DNA from: a virus
Reading direction: 5' to 3' (one strand)
Virus record (IMG/VR): IMGVR_UViG_3300027987_000368
Coordinates: 1-64,000 of that record
DNA length: 64,000 nucleotides
Of this stretch, positions 1-9,005 are shown in pieces; position 1 is the stretch's first letter; each line of letters begins with the position of its first letter. The notes below the pieces were generated by a model that had not been told where the DNA came from, ran no database searches, and saw nothing but the letters and a program-made list of their open reading frames with translations. A program made the position numbers and the translations under genes.

Positions 1-168
1 CGCCATCGCCATCGCCATCGCCATCGCCATCGCCATCGCCATCGCCATCGCCATCGCCATCGCCATCGCCATCGCCATCGCCATCGCCATCGCCATCGCC
101 ATCGCCATCGCCATCGCCATCGCCGTCGCCGTCCCCATCGCCGTCGCCGTCGCCGTCGCCGTCGCCGC
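1..168. repeat. Hexamer tandem repeat (CGCCAT)20 followed by 8 variant units; runs off the window edge
   Basis: Read directly. The internal variants CGCCGT and CCCCAT are synonymous for (Gly-Asp)n on the minus strand and for (Ser-Pro)n on the plus strand. Confidence 0.95.
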
Positions 169-173
169 GCGGC

Positions 174-581
174 ATGATCACCGACGCCGAGCTGCTCGAG
201 TCGATGACCAGGATCTTTGCTACCGAACAAGGACAGAGGCTCGCAGCGCTCATCGTGCGACGGGCAGCCGATCGGGTGTCATCCTCGGGCCGCGACATCT
301 CGCCTGTGATCGACGTCGTTTCGCTGGAGACCGGTGTCGCGCGCGAGGAGATCCTCGGACGATCCAGGGTCGGCGCTGTGGCGCGCGCGCGCATGGTCGT
401 GGCGCACGTGGCCTTTGAGTCTGCCGTTGCCACCCAGCCCGAGATCGGAGAGGTGCTTGGTCGGCACCCCACCACGATCCTGGCCGCTCGCCGAAGCGTC
501 CGTCGCAGGATCAAGGCCGGCGACCAAGATCTAGCTGACCTCTGCGCGCGCGTGTCGGCGAGGCTCTATTCGACCCCGTGA
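174..581 (+). CDS. Stand-alone DnaA C-terminal (domain IV)-like HTH protein
   Basis: ETGVAREEILGRSR..ARARMVVAHVA...QPEIGEVLGRHPTTILAARRSV matches the Bac_DnaA_C pattern. Confidence 0.75.
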   Translation: MITDAELLESMTRIFATEQGQRLAALIVRRAADRVSSSGRDISPVIDVVSLETGVAREEILGRSRVGAVARARMVVAHVAFESAVATQPEIGEVLGRHPTTILAARRSVRRRIKAGDQDLADLCARVSARLYSTP

Positions 582-1015
582 GGAGCCGGCATCACGCGAA
601 GCTCGATCCGCGGGTTGTCGCGGTCGATGAATTTCCGCGCTCGCAGTTCGACGACCCGAGCATCATCGTCGATCGCACCGCAGCTCTCGAGCGCGTCGAT
701 CGTCAGCTTCAGCGGCGCGTCGACGTCGCCAAGCGCGAGTTCATCCGCGCGCGCGAGTTTGCGCCGTCGCGGCCAGTAGGCGTCGATCTCCACGACCAGA
801 GTCCCGGCCTCGGCCACCGCGATCGCAGCGTCTGTCTGCTCGAGCACAGCTTTCCAGACCGTCGCAGCGGCAACGACCTTCGCCTTTCGGCTTGATCCGA
901 CATCAACCAGCCGAGCTGTTTTGCCGACGACCACGGCCTTCTTGGCGTTGTTGATTCCGAGCGCGCCGGGATTGCCAAGGATTACAACGGAGAGGATGAG
1001 GCTCTGATCTGACAT
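566..1015 (-). CDS. rusA: RusA-family Holliday junction resolvase
   Basis: GDVDAPLKLTIDAL...DDDARVVEL...K...NPRIELRV catalytic motifs. Confidence 0.85.
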   Translation of the reverse strand: MSDQSLILSVVILGNPGALGINNAKKAVVVGKTARLVDVGSSRKAKVVAAATVWKAVLEQTDAAIAVAEAGTLVVEIDAYWPRRRKLARADELALGDVDAPLKLTIDALESCGAIDDDARVVELRARKFIDRDNPRIELRVMPAPHGVE

Positions 1016-1071
1016 GGTGTTGACCCACCACCGATGTCAGGCCCAGGAGATTCCAGCGGTCAGCTGGCGGA

Positions 1072-2166
1072 ATGGACCTGCCGGCCGTCTGGTCGAGGTC
1101 GCACATGCATGATCTCGAACTGGAGGTGCGCGAGGCCAGCTGGTTGCGCAACCGGCTGTACCACGACCGGGTTCGCCTCTTCGATCCGAGGACGCGCGCG
1201 CGGGCGATGCTCGCCGCGAGCGTCGAGTTCGTGGGCCGAGTCCGCGCCAGCGAGACCCGGGACGTCGACGCGCGCGCAGCGTTCTTCGACCTGCTCGAGC
1301 AAGTGGAGCGGATTTCCCGAGGGCTCCCGATCTACGAACTCGTCGAAGGCATGGGCTACGTGGGCCGGCACGGGCCCACCGACGAGCGTCTGCGCCTGAT
1401 CGGCAAGGCAGCTGCGCTCATGCACATCAGCCCAGCCCAGCTCGACGAGGCCACGTGCAAGATGGCCGTGCTCGAAGACGCTGCGCTCGACGAAGGCCTC
1501 GAGTTCGTCGCGTCGCTGCGCGCAACGACTTCGCTGCGCGCAACGACCACGCCGCGAGGCCGACCTCGGCAAACAAGCCATGACCCACATGCAGCTCGCG
1601 GAGATGCTCCGAGGCTTAGCAAGCGACCGAACTACGACGACGCTCGCCTGCGCGAGATCGCGGCGCTGCTCCCCAGCAAGATCTCCTGGCCTGACCGGGC
1701 CGCCTTGAGCGAGATGCTACTCGGCGAGCTCGGCGATGACGTTGAGCCCACGGCCGAGATGTCGACGCGGCCGGTTTTCAACTCGGCGATCCTGGTGGTC
1801 TTGCTCAAGCAGCTGGTCGCCTGGGAGGCCAGGCTGGCGCAGGCCGCAGCAGCGAAGGCGACCCAGCTGGGCTCGGAATACCCAAACGCTCAAGGTACTG
1901 AGCGTGAGTACCTTTGCCGAGCAGCGGACCTCGACGCGCAGCTGGTCCAGGATCCGCGCGAGCAAGTCGCCAACCTGCGTCGAGAATTGATTTCGGCGGC
2001 GGTGAAGGCAGCGAGGATCGTGGACTGGCCTGGAGATCGTAGGGACAGTCGCCTCGCGCGAGCCTGTTTGCTCGCGCGCAAGATCAGCAGGACCATGACC
2101 TTCAGCCCCGAGGACCTGGCCATGGCCGCTGCTTCACTTGGCTATGGTGATGCGTCTGTGATCTGA
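1072..2166 (+). CDS. Hypothetical protein (364 aa)
   Basis: Long ORF with normal amino-acid composition, divergent from rusA. Confidence 0.65.
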   Translation: MDLPAVWSRSHMHDLELEVREASWLRNRLYHDRVRLFDPRTRARAMLAASVEFVGRVRASETRDVDARAAFFDLLEQVERISRGLPIYELVEGMGYVGRHGPTDERLRLIGKAAALMHISPAQLDEATCKMAVLEDAALDEGLEFVASLRATTSLRATTTPRGRPRQTSHDPHAARGDAPRLSKRPNYDDARLREIAALLPSKISWPDRAALSEMLLGELGDDVEPTAEMSTRPVFNSAILVVLLKQLVAWEARLAQAAAAKATQLGSEYPNAQGTEREYLCRAADLDAQLVQDPREQVANLRRELISAAVKAARIVDWPGDRRDSRLARACLLARKISRTMTFSPEDLAMAAASLGYGDASVI

Positions 2167-2472
2167 CTACTCGTCGTGGCAGATCGCCGCGCCGGAAGCT
2201 GGCTCGACCGAGTAGTTCTGGCACCACCCGAAGATATTGCCTTCGCCACACTGTCCGTTTGCGACGACACAAATTCCGCTCGTCTCGGAGCAGCAGAGCC
2301 AGCCGCTCGACTCTTGCGGGCACGAACCGACGCAAGGCTCGCAGAGCTCAGGGTCTTGCTCGCACAGGTTGCCAGGTCGTTGGTCAGCTACGGAGTTGAG
2401 CCCGATCCCGAGCCCGAGTCCGAGCAGAAAGGAGAGAATAACGGAGATGGCGAGTTCGGATTTGGTCCTCAT
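2167..2472 (-). CDS. Cys-rich membrane-anchored or secreted protein
   Basis: N-terminal hydrophobic helix, then WLCC..C..C..GWC..C. Confidence 0.65.
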   Translation of the reverse strand: MRTKSELAISVILSFLLGLGLGIGLNSVADQRPGNLCEQDPELCEPCVGSCPQESSGWLCCSETSGICVVANGQCGEGNIFGWCQNYSVEPASGAAICHDE

Positions 2473-3170
2473 TTTGTCTGGTGTATCATGATCTCGGCCT
2501 TGGCTATTTGGAGGATCGGAGGAACATCTGGAGTGCGAATCTTGCGCTCTTCCAACAGCTTGTTGATTCCTTCTAGGAGATAGATCACGAGGGCATCCTG
2601 CCTAGCTTCTGCCTGCTTTACCCTGCGCTCGAGGTCTGCGGATACGGTTTTTGCGACGGCCTCCTGTGCCAATGCGTTGGCCTTGAGCTCGAGCTGCAGG
2701 TTCTCGGCGTCGGCTATGCGGGCTTCAAGACCTGTGACCCGCTCTGTCTGGGCTCGATCCATGTCGAGTAGTCGATTGGTGAGCTCCATGGCGACCATAG
2801 CACCGACGATGACGGCGATCGCAAGCACGATTGCGGTGACGATCGCAAGCACAAAGGCCGGTCGAGATGCAGGTGGCGACACCTGGTCTGCCTTGTCGTT
2901 CTTCGATGTGAGCATCCAGTCATCGACACGTTGCCGGACTGCGTCGACCGCGAATTCTTTGAGCTCGCTGGGGATGCCGGCGCCCATCTGTTTTCGGATC
3001 AGATCGTCGACGTGGTCGAGAGCGGCACGCGCGAGCTCACCAGACTCTTCTCGAGGCCGGGGTGTTCGGCTTCGACGCGGCACCGGGTCGTCGATGAGAT
3101 CTTCGCTGGCGACGTGGATTCGACTTGTCGCCGACTTCGTGCTCTTCGTAGGTACGCCGGGAGCTGTCAC
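2469..3170 (-). CDS. Single-TM coiled-coil membrane protein
   Basis: TM FVLAIVTAIVLAIAVIVGAMVAM followed by a heptad-rich region; ATGA overlap with the next gene. Confidence 0.7.
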   Translation of the reverse strand: MTAPGVPTKSTKSATSRIHVASEDLIDDPVPRRSRTPRPREESGELARAALDHVDDLIRKQMGAGIPSELKEFAVDAVRQRVDDWMLTSKNDKADQVSPPASRPAFVLAIVTAIVLAIAVIVGAMVAMELTNRLLDMDRAQTERVTGLEARIADAENLQLELKANALAQEAVAKTVSADLERRVKQAEARQDALVIYLLEGINKLLEERKIRTPDVPPILQIAKAEIMIHQTK

Positions 3171-3254
3171 GCCCCCAGCCTAGCGGATGGCAACGACACG
3201 CGTTGTGCGCATGTGACGTCTGTGTCTCCGACCCCCACCAGGGTGCTATCATCG

Positions 3255-3641
3255 CTAGTTCGAGCAGGTCCAAGAGCCCGGGACAAACTCGTCCCAAGTC
3301 GAGCACCGCACCGCCTCCGCTGCCCCGTTGCAGCCATAGTAGGTGTGCCCGTCGATCGTGGCCTCGCCGAGAGGCCACGCGCAGACGTCCACGTCGGCCA
3401 AGAACGGCTTACTGACGGGGCAGCACCGAACATCGCCAGCATGGGGATTGAGCGGGACGCAGGTCGTCGACTGATCGATGAGACTCCCGTCGCACCAGCC
3501 CAACTCGACGTCGGCCGCTGGAGCGCAGCCGAGCACTTCGACCAGGTCGACAAACGGCTCACAGCTGCCGGGGTCGGTGGCGTCGTCACAGCAGACGAGG
3601 CCGGGGAAGAAGTTCAGGAAGATGACGAGAACGAGATTCAT
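3255..3641 (-). CDS. Cys-rich secreted protein
   Basis: Hydrophobic N-terminus; LVCC...C...C...LGWC pattern resembling 2167..2472. Confidence 0.6.
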   Translation of the reverse strand: MNLVLVIFLNFFPGLVCCDDATDPGSCEPFVDLVEVLGCAPAADVELGWCDGSLIDQSTTCVPLNPHAGDVRCCPVSKPFLADVDVCAWPLGEATIDGHTYYGCNGAAEAVRCSTWDEFVPGSWTCSN

Positions 3642-3651
3642 GCGCTGTACC

Positions 3652-4241
3652 TTAGTGCGCATCGCTCGCTGTTACCAGCCCGAGCCTCGCGTGCTGGCCC
3701 TTGCCGCCCGGGATCAGCTCGACGCCCGCGATCGCCCCAGCCTTGGCCCACTGGTAGATCGACCCGCGGGCCGACACTTCGTTCGCGTAGTGATGCCGGC
3801 CCTTCAGCGCCAGAACAGCCTCGCGGATCGTCATCGGCCCGCGAGCCAGAACCGTTCGGAGTGCCTCGCACGTCGACGCGTATGGCGTCCACCGCTTTCC
3901 GTCAGCGTTGCCGGCGGCCGCGAAGTGCTGCTGCTCCTCGCGCAGCGCGGCCCGCATACACCCATGCACGCGCCGATGTCGAGCAGGTCGGACGATCTCG
4001 CGCAGTCGGCTCGGCATGCCGCGGAGCATCCAGTCGACTCGGTCAGGGGCGTGAACCTCGAGCACGCCGATCCCGAATCGGCCGGCGACCTCGAGCGCTA
4101 GGTCGCGCGTCGAGCTCCGGCGACCATTGGCCACGGCGACCGACACCAACGTCGCGGCTCCTGGTAGACGGTCCAGCCGCGGGCGCGCAGTTCGTCGACC
4201 ACGACCTTGGCGAGCTCGGTCTCTTTCTTCGTCCAGGCCAT
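3652..4241 (-). pseudogene. Frame-disrupted, probably nuclease-like phage gene
   Basis: ATG at 4241 directly follows the upstream stop and gives MAWTKKETELAKVVVDELRARGWTVYQE, stopping at 4098; the plausible C-terminal part (VSVAV...GIGVLEV...HHY) is in another frame. Confidence 0.5.
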
Positions 4242-4592
4242 CTATGCCGTTCCCCACATCGAAAGCTGCTGCTCGGTCTCACCGTCGGGCTCGACCGCTG
4301 TGACCAGCTCGACCTTGACGCCATCAACGACGGCCCAACGGTCACCAGGCATGGACCGAATTAGCCCCATGGATTGCAGCCGCAGGAGGTCGTGAAAGAC
4401 ATCGCTCCACGAGTGCTCCTTGTAGGCAAAGGCGATCGCGTCGAAGTCGGCTCCAACGCTCACCACGGCTAGTAGCTCGGCGCTGTCGAGCGTCTTCAGC
4501 TTCGTGACCTTGGCGGCAAGCGGCTTGCGGGCGGCGATAGCTCGAACCTTCACTAGGTATGGATGCATGTAGATGAGCGGCTCGTCGTCCAT
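4242..4592 (-). CDS. Hypothetical protein
   Basis: ORF tightly packed in a minus-strand operon. Confidence 0.65.
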   Translation of the reverse strand: MDDEPLIYMHPYLVKVRAIAARKPLAAKVTKLKTLDSAELLAVVSVGADFDAIAFAYKEHSWSDVFHDLLRLQSMGLIRSMPGDRWAVVDGVKVELVTAVEPDGETEQQLSMWGTA

Positions 4593-4594
4593 GA

Positions 4595-5287
4595 CTACTT
4601 CGCGCCACCAAGGTGGCGAACTGGGTCGAGCATGCCGATCAGCGTGGACATCAGCTCCTGCGTGAGGCCCAACACCTGGCCCATCGACGTCTGGCGAATC
4701 TCGGCGAGGGTGGACTCAGCCTTGAGCGCGCGGTCGCGCCACTGCGCGAGCGTGACGGTGTTGGGCGCCTCCGCAAGCGAGTTGTCGTCAAGCACGAGCG
4801 ACAGCGGTCGCGGTGTCCCGCGCACGCCCTCCGGCTCCGGCCGGCCCTCGCTCCTCCGCTTGTAGAGCAGCGCCCACGCGCAGGCGTTGCCCCGCTGGGC
4901 CTCGGTCTGCTCGAGCTTGCTGCGCAGCGTGATGACCTCATGGTGGTCCTCGACGTCGGCGAAGCCGGCGGCCCGACACAGCAAGCGCGCGGGCGCGAGG
5001 TCCTCTTCGGTGAGCTGCTCCTTGGTCTCCCAGGGCGCGAGGTCGAGTTCGATGGCGATGTTGATCACCAATTCGTCGGCCCCAAACGATGGGTGCGAGA
5101 TCGGCTCTTTTCCGGAGGCGGCGCGACGCTGATCGATAAACGAGATGATGTCGTGGTACTTCGCTACCTCGATGCGCATCTGTGTGCGTACCCAGTCCAG
5201 GAGCTCGACGAGTTCGATGGCCTCGACATCCTGGCTTGAATCTAGCCAGGTCGCGGCGATGATCTTGATGTTTTGCGGGACGCTCAT
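4595..5287 (-). CDS. Hypothetical protein
   Basis: ATG overlaps the upstream stop (ATGA). Confidence 0.65.
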   Translation of the reverse strand: MSVPQNIKIIAATWLDSSQDVEAIELVELLDWVRTQMRIEVAKYHDIISFIDQRRAASGKEPISHPSFGADELVINIAIELDLAPWETKEQLTEEDLAPARLLCRAAGFADVEDHHEVITLRSKLEQTEAQRGNACAWALLYKRRSEGRPEPEGVRGTPRPLSLVLDDNSLAEAPNTVTLAQWRDRALKAESTLAEIRQTSMGQVLGLTQELMSTLIGMLDPVRHLGGAK

Positions 5288-5841
5288 CCTGGATGCACCT
5301 CTGCCGCCTCTCGCATGCGGCTGGTAAGCTCCCACGCACACGAGTCTGCGGGCGGGGAGTCGACGTTGATCGGGATATATTCTCCGTCGTCATCAATCAC
5401 TTCCCAAGGCGATTCGTTTGCCGAACACATGTTGAATGCGACCCCGCGAACCGACGTGTCCTCGTGAGCTTCCCGAAGCGCTGCGATGATGCCGACCGCG
5501 CATCGCTCGTCGAGGCGATGCGGCCGAATGTGCTCGGCATGAAATTCCGCCCATCCCTTGGTCAGCACAGGCAGAGCAGCGCGGGCGACCCAGACGTTGT
5601 CGAATGTCGATCCGAGCAGGACGTTCTCGGTGAGGCTCATCCGCGGACTCGGCCACTCATCCCACATAACCTTGATCCCTGGGTCGACCAAGAAGAACGG
5701 GTGTTGCAGCTGGTCGAGATATCCGTACTTCCTCCCGAGCGCACGCCAAACCAACGGGGCGCCCGCATGGTTGTTCGCTGCATCGGCGATCTCTGTCACG
5801 TCACCGCTGGCTTGTACCGCGTAGATCGTCACGTAGCTCAT
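5284..5841 (-). CDS. Hypothetical protein
   Basis: Protein-like composition, operon packing. Confidence 0.65.
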   Translation of the reverse strand: MSYVTIYAVQASGDVTEIADAANNHAGAPLVWRALGRKYGYLDQLQHPFFLVDPGIKVMWDEWPSPRMSLTENVLLGSTFDNVWVARAALPVLTKGWAEFHAEHIRPHRLDERCAVGIIAALREAHEDTSVRGVAFNMCSANESPWEVIDDDGEYIPINVDSPPADSCAWELTSRMREAAEVHPG

Positions 5842-5938
5842 GGGGTGTTTCCCTTGCTGATCATGCGCCATCTACCTCATCGTACTGCCTGTATTCCCGC
5901 GAGCCACCCGTGGAAGGCTTCTATCTTGCTGTCTGGGA

Positions 5939-7198
5939 TCATGGCTCGTACCGGTCGATCGCAGCTTCAAACCTCGGGAACCCGAGCTCGTCGAAGAACT
6001 CGTTGAGCGCCCGCCTCGACGTCGACCAGGGCCGGAGCGCATCGAGGGGGCAAGGCAGCGCGACCCGGCGCAGCTCGATCAAGCGGCGGCCCAGCCTGAT
6101 CGCCTCGGCGTTGTCGCGCAACGCCTCGCTGACGCGGCGCCCCGGCACCAGCGCCCAACGGCCGAGAAGCTGTTCGAGGTCGCCATGGTCGGCGAGCAGC
6201 TTCGCGGCAGTCTTCTTCCCCACCCCGGGGCAGCCGGGGATCCCATCGACCTTGTCGCCCGCGAGCGCCAATAGGTCCCCGAGGAGCTCGGGGCCGACGC
6301 CGTACTTGCCCCGGACGTACTCGGCCCCGCGCAGCTCAAGGTCGCCGAACCCAGACATCACCGAGACGACACCGAGCGGATGGTCGACCAGCTGCAGCAA
6401 GTCCTTGTCGTCGGTGATGATCACGACCTCGATCCCGGCGGAGGCGGCCGCCTCGGTGTAGGCCGCGATCACGTCATCGGCCTCGACCCCCTCGGACCGG
6501 ACCCAGGGCAGCCCGAGCGCGTCGAGCAGTCGGCGGACGAGCTGCCACTGGCTCATCAGCGCCGCGTCTTGCGGCGGCCGATCGGCCTTGTAGGCGGGGT
6601 ACTCGCGCGCCCGCCAGCCGCCGTTGCTCGCCGCATCGAAGACACCCAGCGCCCAGCGCGGCGTTGGGTCGATCTGGGTCCTGATCTTTCGCAGCTGCCG
6701 GGTCAGCCCGAGCACCGCGTTGATCGGCACGGGGTCCCCGGTGGGGCTGAGCTCGGGGGGGACCGCGTGATAGAGGCGATGGACCAGGCCATCGAGATCG
6801 AGCAGGTAGAGCTTGTCGCCTGCGCGCGGGCAGGGCTCCGCAGAGGCTTCCGGTGAGGACTGGCTCCGCAACGGGGCCCGGTGCAGCTCCGACTCCGGCC
6901 GCGGGCTCCTCGTCAGCCTGGCATGGGTTGCGACCATCGCGTCGTGCTCGGCCCGCTCGACGGGCTCATGCGTTCCCCGATGTGCGCAAAAAGGGCAGAG
7001 ATCGGTGGCGTTGTCGATGTGCGCACAACCCTTGCCGCGCCCGCGCGAGCAGACGATCGCCGTCACCGTGGCCGCGGACCTCATCGAGCAGCTCAAGCAC
7101 ACCGGAGAACTGCATGTTTCGTCGGTCCCGGCAACAGCGCCGTCGCAGAGGCGACCCGCTGGCGACCCGCACCATGGGCAGAGAGGTTGGGCTGGCAT
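5939..7198 (-). CDS. 5'-3' exonuclease (PolI N-terminal/flap endonuclease family) with N-terminal Cys-rich Zn-finger extension
   Basis: LLDLDG..HRLYHA, VFD, YPAYKADR, EADDVI, DKDLLQLV, LAGDKVDGIPGCPGVGKKTA; start inferred. Confidence 0.9.
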   Translation of the reverse strand: MPAQPLCPWCGSPAGRLCDGAVAGTDETCSSPVCLSCSMRSAATVTAIVCSRGRGKGCAHIDNATDLCPFCAHRGTHEPVERAEHDAMVATHARLTRSPRPESELHRAPLRSQSSPEASAEPCPRAGDKLYLLDLDGLVHRLYHAVPPELSPTGDPVPINAVLGLTRQLRKIRTQIDPTPRWALGVFDAASNGGWRAREYPAYKADRPPQDAALMSQWQLVRRLLDALGLPWVRSEGVEADDVIAAYTEAAASAGIEVVIITDDKDLLQLVDHPLGVVSVMSGFGDLELRGAEYVRGKYGVGPELLGDLLALAGDKVDGIPGCPGVGKKTAAKLLADHGDLEQLLGRWALVPGRRVSEALRDNAEAIRLGRRLIELRRVALPCPLDALRPWSTSRRALNEFFDELGFPRFEAAIDRYEP

Positions 7199-7301
7199 CG
7201 GGAGGAATACCCACCGTAGCTGCCCTGCTATTCCAGCACTTCGGGTACGCTCACCCATCGGTCGGGGCGCGTGCGGGGCGGGGCTCCGGGGTGGGCGTGG
7301 G

Positions 7302-7793
7302 TCAGCGCGCGTCTCGCTTGCGGTCGCGGGCGCTCGCGTCTCGGTGGGCCGATGAGCAGAACAGCTTGAGCGCTTCGAGGATTCGCCCAACCTCCTGGTA
7401 GCGATCAGCCAAGCTCACGCGGTCGAACTCCGCAAGTTCGGCCTCGGCCCTGGCGCCCGAGGCAACCCGGCACAGCACCAGTCCCAGTCGGCACAGCACC
7501 AGGCCTGGCTCACCTGACTCGCGGGTGACGAAGAGCCGCATATCCGGCTCGAGCCAGCGCGCGAACGCGGCGACGTGCCCGTGCTGGATCTTTGTGCCGT
7601 CGGGCAGCACCCTGCTGGCGAAGAACATCGGATCTGCGGATAGCCCCCGCACGCGTCCGGTCAGCGCGCGGTTGCGGGTCATGGTGTCGAAGGTCAGCGA
7701 GTTGGCGCCGCGGTCGAGCGTGAAGCTCTCGCCCACGTCGAGCGGTCGAGCGAGAAGGTAGAGCCCGCGGGCGACATTGGTCTTGGTGTCCAT
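7302..7793 (-). CDS. Hypothetical protein
   Basis: ORF starting just downstream of a hairpin repeat. Confidence 0.6.
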   Translation of the reverse strand: MDTKTNVARGLYLLARPLDVGESFTLDRGANSLTFDTMTRNRALTGRVRGLSADPMFFASRVLPDGTKIQHGHVAAFARWLEPDMRLFVTRESGEPGLVLCRLGLVLCRVASGARAEAELAEFDRVSLADRYQEVGRILEALKLFCSSAHRDASARDRKRDAR

Positions 7794-7801
7794 CACCGCC
7801 G

Positions 7802-7839
7802 AAGCCCCGCGCGACCGATGTCGGGCGGGGCTCGGCGCG
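7802..7839 (-). repeat. Hairpin repeat copy A (terminator-like)
   Basis: AGCCCCGC-g-CGAC-cgat-GTCG-g-GCGGGGCT. Confidence 0.8.
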
Positions 7840-7849
7840 GCGAAACGTC

Positions 7850-8098
7850 CTACTGGTGCGGGCCCTCGTGCTCGCGACAGGATGAGTAATCAGCGCTCGG
7901 TCCCGATCCGAAGCAGGTCATATACCCACCATTGCAGTTCCAGGTCTGGGCTGTTTGCGTGCCGTCGTCCGCGTACGTCTTTCCGACTGAACGACAGTTT
8001 TCCATGCCAGGCGGAGGTGCCCACGCGAGTGCCGTGGCGCCAGCAGTTGTGATGAACGTAATGAGCAAGATGGGAATGGTGAACTTGAGTTTTGACAT
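7850..8098 (-). CDS. Small secreted protein with 4 Cys
   Basis: Signal peptide MSKLKFTIPILLITFITTAGATALAWA. Confidence 0.7.
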   Translation of the reverse strand: MSKLKFTIPILLITFITTAGATALAWAPPPGMENCRSVGKTYADDGTQTAQTWNCNGGYMTCFGSGPSADYSSCREHEGPHQ

Positions 8099-8105
8099 CT
8101 ACCTG

Positions 8106-8144
8106 AAAAGCCCCGCGCGACCAGGTCAGGCGGGGCTCAGCGCG
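8106..8144 (-). repeat. Hairpin repeat copy B
   Basis: AAAAGCCCCGCGCGACCAGGTCAGGCGGGGCTCAGCGCG, near-identical to copy A. Confidence 0.8.
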
Positions 8145-8156
8145 TCTGGTGTTCGG

Positions 8157-8741
8157 TCACTCTTGCGCCTGGCGAAGCACGCGGTCGAGCTCGGCCGCGA
8201 TCAGGGCGCCCGCGATCGTTAGGCATCGGACCGGATCTCCTCGGTGTTTCGCCACCAGGCCCCAGGCGTCGTGTTCACCTTCGTGCGGATTCAGCTCATA
8301 GTCGGTGTGCACCAGGGCAAGCTCCGCCCCGCGCACCGCGAGTTCACCGTCGCCGTGCTCGTCGTCGTGCTCAGCACTCCACCGCCCCATCTGGCGGGAT
8401 CGCTCGGCAGCAATCGCGGTGATCGCCAGTGACCACCGCGACTCGACTGACGCTTTCCACGCGTCCACCACCGCCTCGACGGCATGCTCGCGGACGGGCC
8501 CAACATGTTGACGGCCGGGCTCATCTAGAACCGCGATGAAGCTGACGCCATCGATCTTGATGTCATAGCCCATGGGTAGGACGGGCAACCTAAGCACGGG
8601 ATCGTCGAACGGTTCCCTCGAGATCACGGTCGCGGTCTGGGCCGCCATGTTGACCTCGACGACCATGTCGGCGGAGATCATCGCCTCGGGTGACGGCTTT
8701 TGGTGGGAGAGATAGACGAGTAGCTTGGGCTCATTGCTCAC
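8157..8741 (-). CDS. Phage protein with AERxRQ..W..EHDD.H..GELA C-terminal domain
   Basis: Motif common in phage accessory proteins; function unknown. Confidence 0.7.
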   Translation of the reverse strand: MSNEPKLLVYLSHQKPSPEAMISADMVVEVNMAAQTATVISREPFDDPVLRLPVLPMGYDIKIDGVSFIAVLDEPGRQHVGPVREHAVEAVVDAWKASVESRWSLAITAIAAERSRQMGRWSAEHDDEHGDGELAVRGAELALVHTDYELNPHEGEHDAWGLVAKHRGDPVRCLTIAGALIAAELDRVLRQAQE

Positions 8742-8748
8742 ACGTCGG

Positions 8749-8788
8749 AAGCCCCGGCGACCTTCGCAGGTCCGGGGCTCCGGGGCTT
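8749..8788 (-). repeat. Hairpin repeat copy C
   Basis: AAGCCCCGGCGACCTTCGCAGGTCCGGGGCTCCGGGGCTT. Confidence 0.75.
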
Positions 8789-9005
8789 GTCAGCACTGCA
8801 TGGCTGGCCTCCCGGTTGTTCTCGCTCGCTTGATCCGCGGAGCGCTTCGCGGTGGACCATCGCGGTCCGTGGATGCTGTCGTCGTTTGATGTTTCGGTAG
8901 CCGCGTTACTTCGTGCGGCGCATGCTCCTGGCTCCGGGTTTGAGTATTGGTGGACGCGAGCCCCACGGTGTCTTACCGGACCTCGCGCCGACTCATTCCC
9001 GGCTA

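Noticed and set aside
1513-1547. 17-bp tandem duplication TCGCTGCGCGCAACGAC
   Set aside because: In-frame micro-duplication within a linker; no wider pattern
2931-4364. Long plus-strand ORFs here and elsewhere (e.g. 23430..24785, 44349..45677, 53065..54447, 59817..61130)
   Set aside because: Arg/Pro-rich or V/D/E-biased antisense shadows of well-supported minus-strand genes, expected at high GC
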